Assembly (NCBI RefSeq): GCF_000299365.1 | Contig: NC_018655.1 | Coordinates: 1,607,965-1,639,964, forward strand | DNA length: 32,000 bases | Direction of reading: 5' to 3' | Source of the DNA: Candidatus Nitrosopumilus koreensis AR1 | GTDB taxonomy: Archaea; Thermoproteota; Nitrososphaeria; Nitrososphaerales; Nitrosopumilaceae | Shown here: positions 27,050 to 32,000 of the stretch, piece by piece | Layout of the letters: each line of letters begins with the position of its first letter | Position numbering within the stretch: position 1 is the first letter of the stretch | Notes under the pieces: generated by a model | Told to the model about the DNA's origin: nothing | Seen by the model: the letters and a program-made list of their open reading frames with translations, nothing else | The model's database searches: none | Translations under genes and position numbers: made by a program

Positions 27050-28192
27050 ATGTCAGAAAATGGTTCAATTAAACCACATGGCGGAGTATTAGTAAATAGA
27101 ATTACAAATGTTGATCCTACCGGATTATTCTCAATTACAATTTCAGAAGATCTTGCAAATGATGTTGAAAATATTGCAGACGGAATCTTTAGTCCATTGG
27201 AAGGATTTCTAGGTCAACAAGATTTTGAGAGTGTTGTATCTCGAGGTAGATTGGCAAATGATCTAGCATGGACCATACCAATTGTACTGGATGTTGATGA
27301 GCAAACAGGCTCTAAAATGAAAGAGTCAGGCAAAGTCTTACTACAAAATCCTCAAGGGGTAGGCGTTGCTGTATTAAATGTAGAAGAAGTGTATACTTTT
27401 GATAAAGAAAAAACATCACAAGGAGTCTATGGGACAACTGACTCTTCTCATCCAGGTGTTGCAAAGACAATGTCAATGAAAGACTATCTTGTTTCAGGAA
27501 AGATTGACTATATTCAGAGACCTGAAGACTCTGAGATTAGAAAATACAGACTAACTCCAAAACAAACTAGAGAGGCATTTGCACAAGCTGGATGGAAAAC
27601 CATTTGTGCATTTCAGACAAGAAATCCTCCACATGTAGCACATGAGATGCTACAAAAAACATCAATTACGACAAGAGATGGAGTCTTTGTTAATCCAATC
27701 ATTGGAAAGAAAAAATCTGGTGACTTTGTGGATGAAGTCATCGTAAAATGCTATGAAACCATGATAAAATTATACTATCCAGAAAATAGATGTCGTCTTG
27801 GCACTTTACACACTGAAATGAAATATGCTGGACCAAAAGAGGCAATTCACCACGCAATTATGAGACAAAACTACGGTTGCACTCATATCATTATTGGTAG
27901 AGATCATGCAGGTGTTGGAAAGTTCTACGAACCATTTGCAGCACAAGAAATCTTTTCAGACTATCCCGAACTGGATATATCTCCCGTGTTCTTCCCACCA
28001 TTCTTCTATTGCAGAAAATGCCTTACCTACACAACTCCAAAGGCATGTCCGCATGACAATGATGACAAAGAGCAAATCAGCGGAACCGCACTAAGAGAAA
28101 TGATTCAAAATGGACAAGCACCTTCTGAATTTATTCTAAGACCGGAGGTTGCACAAGTTATCTTGAATCATCCAAAACCTTTTGTTGATTAG
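27050..28192 (+). CDS. sat: ATP sulfurylase (sulfate adenylyltransferase)
   Basis: [60 protein letters not shown]. Likely start MSENGS at 27050. Confidence 0.95.
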   Translation: MSENGSIKPHGGVLVNRITNVDPTGLFSITISEDLANDVENIADGIFSPLEGFLGQQDFESVVSRGRLANDLAWTIPIVLDVDEQTGSKMKESGKVLLQNPQGVGVAVLNVEEVYTFDKEKTSQGVYGTTDSSHPGVAKTMSMKDYLVSGKIDYIQRPEDSEIRKYRLTPKQTREAFAQAGWKTICAFQTRNPPHVAHEMLQKTSITTRDGVFVNPIIGKKKSGDFVDEVIVKCYETMIKLYYPENRCRLGTLHTEMKYAGPKEAIHHAIMRQNYGCTHIIIGRDHAGVGKFYEPFAAQEIFSDYPELDISPVFFPPFFYCRKCLTYTTPKACPHDNDDKEQISGTALREMIQNGQAPSEFILRPEVAQVILNHPKPFVD

Positions 28193-28223
28193 ATATTTAT
28201 TCAATCAGACTTGCACTAGCTCA

Positions 28224-28889
28224 ATGAGATATCTGTTTGCAATAATTTTGATTTCTGGAATTTTTATTGCTCCTGCATTTGCTCAAGAGGTAAATCCGTC
28301 GCTGATCATTGATACAATAGAGATTCCTGCTGAAGAATTTAATCGAGTTTTACGTGATGCACCTATTGTTACACTAGATGACGTTCATGCGGTCAGCTGG
28401 CAAGTAACAATTGATAACAATCTTCTTTATGCAAATCCTGATGGAAATGCAGTCTTTAGACTTTATGATGTTGATACTGAGGATGAGTTTATCGAAGTGG
28501 GAATGGGTTCAATTCCTGACTACAAGTTTTGGGTTGCAGTACAAACTCCAAAAGAGGGATACATTGTAGTTCACAGTGATCTGGAAAGAGGTTGGTATCC
28601 TCAAGCAAAATCAATCATATCATTTACTGACAGAGCAGGTCTTACTGTAAACAATGGAGCAAGAATCGTTGTTACCAATCTGGATATTGGAGAATTTGCG
28701 ATTGGTTCTTACTCTGTATATGGAATGGAAGGTTCTACTGATCCTCCTGCAGTTAATTCTGGAAGTATGGTTTTAGAATTTTTGTCAGGTGATCCCTCAA
28801 AGAATGCATTTGCAATGTTTCCATTTTATGTTGCAGCTGGAATTGGAGTTATAGTTGGAGTACTGTTCCTAACTAAGAAGCGTTCTTAA
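28224..28889 (+). CDS. Secreted/membrane protein with C-terminal TM anchor
   Basis: Signal peptide MRYLFAIILISGIFIAPAFA and C-terminal FPFYVAAGIGVIVGVLFLTKKRS; ORF track opens at 28182. Confidence 0.75.
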   Translation: MRYLFAIILISGIFIAPAFAQEVNPSLIIDTIEIPAEEFNRVLRDAPIVTLDDVHAVSWQVTIDNNLLYANPDGNAVFRLYDVDTEDEFIEVGMGSIPDYKFWVAVQTPKEGYIVVHSDLERGWYPQAKSIISFTDRAGLTVNNGARIVVTNLDIGEFAIGSYSVYGMEGSTDPPAVNSGSMVLEFLSGDPSKNAFAMFPFYVAAGIGVIVGVLFLTKKRS

Positions 28890-28966
28890 TTTTTTAATAC
28901 TTTGTATATTACAAAATATTTTTGTTAAAAAATAATAAAAAGAAATAGAATTCTATGTTAGAATAT

Positions 28967-29548
28967 CTATGTGAGGGTTATATCCCATGATACAGTTAAT
29001 GTGTCAGATGCTCCAACGTTAACTGCACTGAATACTTGTCTTGCAAGAAGTTCGCCACTAGAACCATCATTCATTAATACTGCTTCAACTACTGCTCCTG
29101 CACAATTTGCTCCACTAAAGGATGCATCTACTGTAACAGTGATTTCTCCAGATACAGAAGAATCTCCTGTAACTGTTCCATCTTGTACTCTGGCACATCC
29201 AGAGATAGCAGTACCAATTCCTACATCTGATGCATTAGCTGCAGTATTATTGGTTCCAATACCAATCCAACTGAATTGACTATCAGTAGCATTTCCATTC
29301 AAGTTTATGTTTGGAAATATTAGATCACCCATTGTATCTATGCCCACATCAACTACTAAGTTGTCAGTTTGAACATAATCAACAATATTTCCATCTACAT
29401 CGGCTACAGTTAGTGTGATGTGTCCCATAATGTTACTTGATTCGGAATACATCTCAGAATTCTCTGTAGTTGGATATGCACTGAAAATACCTCCTACTGC
29501 TGCTGCAACGGCTACTACTGCAAACATTGCTGCTTGTTGTGTTTTCAT
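28967..29548 (-). CDS. Secreted surface or filament-like protein
   Basis: N-terminal MKTQQAAMFAVVAVAAAVGGIFSAYP then Asn/Gly/Ser/Thr-rich beta domain. Confidence 0.7.
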   Translation of the reverse strand: MKTQQAAMFAVVAVAAAVGGIFSAYPTTENSEMYSESSNIMGHITLTVADVDGNIVDYVQTDNLVVDVGIDTMGDLIFPNINLNGNATDSQFSWIGIGTNNTAANASDVGIGTAISGCARVQDGTVTGDSSVSGEITVTVDASFSGANCAGAVVEAVLMNDGSSGELLARQVFSAVNVGASDTLTVSWDITLT

Positions 29549-29638
29549 AATATTGTGATATTCTAATTAATAATAAGACTAATGGCACTTTTCAGCATTA
29601 TTTAGATCCTTTTTGGAACCAAACACAATTTTGAGCAA

Positions 29639-29830
29639 TTATGGGTTTGCTTCCACACCAATACTCTCCTTGAGATTTATTGAAAGATTTTTGCCTTCTG
29701 GTACAGATTCATTCTCACTTGGAACATTGATCATTTCTTGCGAACCAAATTCTTCTGTACCTAGAGAATAGGCAATAACTCCCAAACCTATAACTCCGAT
29801 TATCACTGCTATGATAATCCCAGATTTCAT
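29639..29830 (-). CDS. Small signal-peptide-bearing protein
   Basis: 63 aa, MKSGIIIAVIIGVIGLGVIAYSLG then polar tail. Confidence 0.6.
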   Translation of the reverse strand: MKSGIIIAVIIGVIGLGVIAYSLGTEEFGSQEMINVPSENESVPEGKNLSINLKESIGVEANP

Positions 29831-29906
29831 ATATCATTATGGTGACTTAGCTATAAAAATTAGGATCATGAAAAAAATTTTAACACGGTCATCATTCTAG
29901 ATTATA

Positions 29907-30689
29907 TTGCAAACGATTGCTATAATTTTGTTATTTGCATTAAGTTTTAACTTGGCTTTTGCAGATGAAATTTTTATTACCAAAAGAACAGATGGCGATA
30001 AAACAATTTTTGATGGAAAATGGACGTTCTTACAAGAATGGAAAACGACAAGTGAAGATAAAATTAATTTTGATCAAGGCAAATATTTTGTTATGAAAAC
30101 TGGTCATGACTATGAAAACATCTATGTCTTGATTGATTTTGTATCTGACAAAAAAAATGATACTAATATTGACAAAGCAATAATATGTTTTGATACAAAA
30201 AATGAAAAAAACAAAATTCCTGACTCTAATGATTTTTGTTTCTGGATAGCATCTGGTTCTAAACACCCAACTACAATTTCAGGCAATTCAGATTTCTCTA
30301 GTGTTGGAAACTGGAAAAATATCCCTAACCATCATTTACTTATTGCTGTAGCAGGCGTTTCAGATCAAAATGATAGATACAGTACTATCCCTCATATGAC
30401 ATACGAATTTAAAATTCCAATTGAACAAATTGGTAAAAATGATGTTTATGGTTTCTACATTACAGTTTATGATGGGTCTGAACAGAAATGGTTTAGTTGG
30501 CCAGTAAATGCAAATTCTATCAAATACCCATTTATTGCATCGCCAAGTCTCTGGGGAGATCTAATTTCTCCTGACAAATCAATTCCAGAATTTGGATACC
30601 CAATACTCTTAACTATTCCAGTGTTTCTGATGATAATTTACCTGTCCAAGAAAAATTTTTCTATATATAAGGCAAGAGATTTTCTTTAA
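29907..30689 (+). CDS. Secreted/membrane-anchored protein with beta-rich ectodomain
   Basis: Signal peptide MQTIAIILLFALSFNLAFA, C-terminal TM YPILLTIPVFLMIIYLSKK. Confidence 0.72.
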   Translation: MQTIAIILLFALSFNLAFADEIFITKRTDGDKTIFDGKWTFLQEWKTTSEDKINFDQGKYFVMKTGHDYENIYVLIDFVSDKKNDTNIDKAIICFDTKNEKNKIPDSNDFCFWIASGSKHPTTISGNSDFSSVGNWKNIPNHHLLIAVAGVSDQNDRYSTIPHMTYEFKIPIEQIGKNDVYGFYITVYDGSEQKWFSWPVNANSIKYPFIASPSLWGDLISPDKSIPEFGYPILLTIPVFLMIIYLSKKNFSIYKARDFL

Positions 30690-30759
30690 AAAAATTAACA
30701 CACATAGCCTTCAAATTAAAATTAAGATTTAATATCTAACAAATTTTTGTGTCTTAATA

Positions 30760-31926
30760 ATGTCACAGCATGAGATTCAAGAAAATGGGCAAGTTTCTAT
30801 TATAATCCCAACATATAACGAATCTCAAAATATTCTCAATATATTAAAATCAATAAAGGATAATTTACCAAAAAATATTTCAGCACAAGCAATTGTTGTT
30901 GATGACAACTCCCCTGATGGAACAGGAAAAATAGTTGAAGATTACTTAAAAAATTTCAAAAAAATTACAAATTATACAATTGAGATAATTCATAGAAGAA
31001 CAAAAAATGGTTTAGGTTCTGCAATACTAAAAGGCATACAGCAGTCAACAGGTGATACAATTGTTGTAATGGATAGTGATTTTTCTCATCCTCCACATGT
31101 GGTTCCAAAATTAATTGAATCAATAAAAAAACATCATTGTGATATCGCAGTTGCATCACGTTACATAAAAGGTGGAAAGATTGAAAATTGGTCTGTAAAA
31201 CGAAAACTAATCAGCAAGTTTGCAACATTGATTGCAAAAAAAGGATTAGGAATTAACACTAAAGATCCAATGTCTGGCTTTTTTGCATTTAAGAAAAATA
31301 TTCTAACTGGGTTAAACATTGATGCAATTGGATACAAAATCCTTTTAGAAATTCTAGTTAAAGCAAAAAATGTATCAATTAAAGAAATTCCATATACCTT
31401 TCAAGATAGGAAATTTGGTTCAAGTAAACTAGGTTTGAAAACCGTTATAGATTACTACAAATCAGTTTGGAAACTGTATCGTTTTGGAAAACCACAAGAA
31501 GAACAAGAAAAACGCAGATCTGTAAAATTCCTCTACAAGGCTGCAAGATTTTACACAGTAGGTGCCTCTGGATTTGTTGTAAACTATTTGATCTCATTAT
31601 TGTTTGCAGGTGGTATTTCCGATATGTGGTATCTGCATGCAAATGTAATTGGAATACTTGCTTCAATTACAACTAATTTCATCTTAAACAAGGCTTGGAC
31701 TTTTGGTGATAGAGACTTTAGAATTAAAAGAACAATGTCACAGTATGGAAAGTTTGCCATGTTTAGCTCTTTAGGTGCACTAATACAATTGGGAATGGTC
31801 TATTTCCTAGTAGATGGTGCAGAGATTTCGTATCCATTAGCGTTAATCTTAGCAGTAGTAACAGCTGCATTTGGAAACTTTGTATTAAATAAGAAATTTA
31901 CTTTCAAAGAAAACCTACTAAACTAG
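30760..31926 (+). CDS. Family 2 glycosyltransferase (dolichol-phosphate mannose synthase-like) fused to a GtrA-like membrane domain
   Basis: VSIIIPTYNESQNI, VVDDNSPDGTG, VVMDSDFSHPP, SRYIKGG; C-terminal GASGFVVNYLISLLF...NFILNKAWTFGDR...NKKFTFKENLL (GtrA). Confidence 0.93.
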   Translation: MSQHEIQENGQVSIIIPTYNESQNILNILKSIKDNLPKNISAQAIVVDDNSPDGTGKIVEDYLKNFKKITNYTIEIIHRRTKNGLGSAILKGIQQSTGDTIVVMDSDFSHPPHVVPKLIESIKKHHCDIAVASRYIKGGKIENWSVKRKLISKFATLIAKKGLGINTKDPMSGFFAFKKNILTGLNIDAIGYKILLEILVKAKNVSIKEIPYTFQDRKFGSSKLGLKTVIDYYKSVWKLYRFGKPQEEQEKRRSVKFLYKAARFYTVGASGFVVNYLISLLFAGGISDMWYLHANVIGILASITTNFILNKAWTFGDRDFRIKRTMSQYGKFAMFSSLGALIQLGMVYFLVDGAEISYPLALILAVVTAAFGNFVLNKKFTFKENLLN

Positions 31927-31955
31927 TTTTAAGAAATTAAAATAAAAAGAATAAC

Positions 31956-32000
31956 TTACGTCTTTTCCCAACTACTCAAAGGTAGAAGTAGAGGTTCCTG
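31956..32000 (-). CDS. Possible C-terminal end of a minus-strand gene running off the window
   Basis: Minus frame reads ...EPLLLPLSSWEKT* with stop at 31956; too short to identify. Confidence 0.25.
   Translation of the reverse strand, partial: QEPLLLPLSSWEKT

Noticed and set aside
1-32000. CRISPR array, transposon, integrase, toxin-antitoxin or defence island
   Set aside because: No repeat-spacer periodicity, no transposase or integrase motifs, and gene content is largely housekeeping. The only possible HEPN-like gene has no partner.

Overview
AT-rich archaeal chromosomal window, judged from protein content to be an ammonia-oxidising thaumarchaeon of the Nitrosopumilus/Nitrosarchaeum type. 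It is densely packed with mostly housekeeping genes and has no visible mobile element, CRISPR array, tRNA or rRNA. Recognisable content: end of a CDC48/VCP-like AAA ATPase; two TFB (TFIIB-like) genes, one split by an apparent 1-nt deletion; CrcB; Hsp20; a cation/proton antiporter; hemerythrin; APS kinase with a CysQ-like phosphatase; APS/PAPS reductase with ATP sulfurylase; a CdvB/ESCRT-III paralog; QueE, FolE and QueC (7-deazaguanine/preQ0 genes); a homoserine-kinase-like GHMP kinase; a GPN-loop GTPase; glycosyltransferases; two SDRs; and several membrane or secreted proteins. I found no convincing defence or other wholly new multi-gene system. The best leads are (1) a GC-rich, multi-helix structured RNA candidate at about 11315-11462 behind a TATA-like element; (2) a long imperfect hairpin at 23764-23833 whose pairing favours the minus strand; (3) a ThiI/THUMP-like protein that has lost its PP-loop motif and sits divergently next to the sulfate-reduction genes; (4) an operon pairing a small winged-helix protein with a membrane-spanning protein that carries a cytoplasmic winged helix; and (5) the TFB frameshift.
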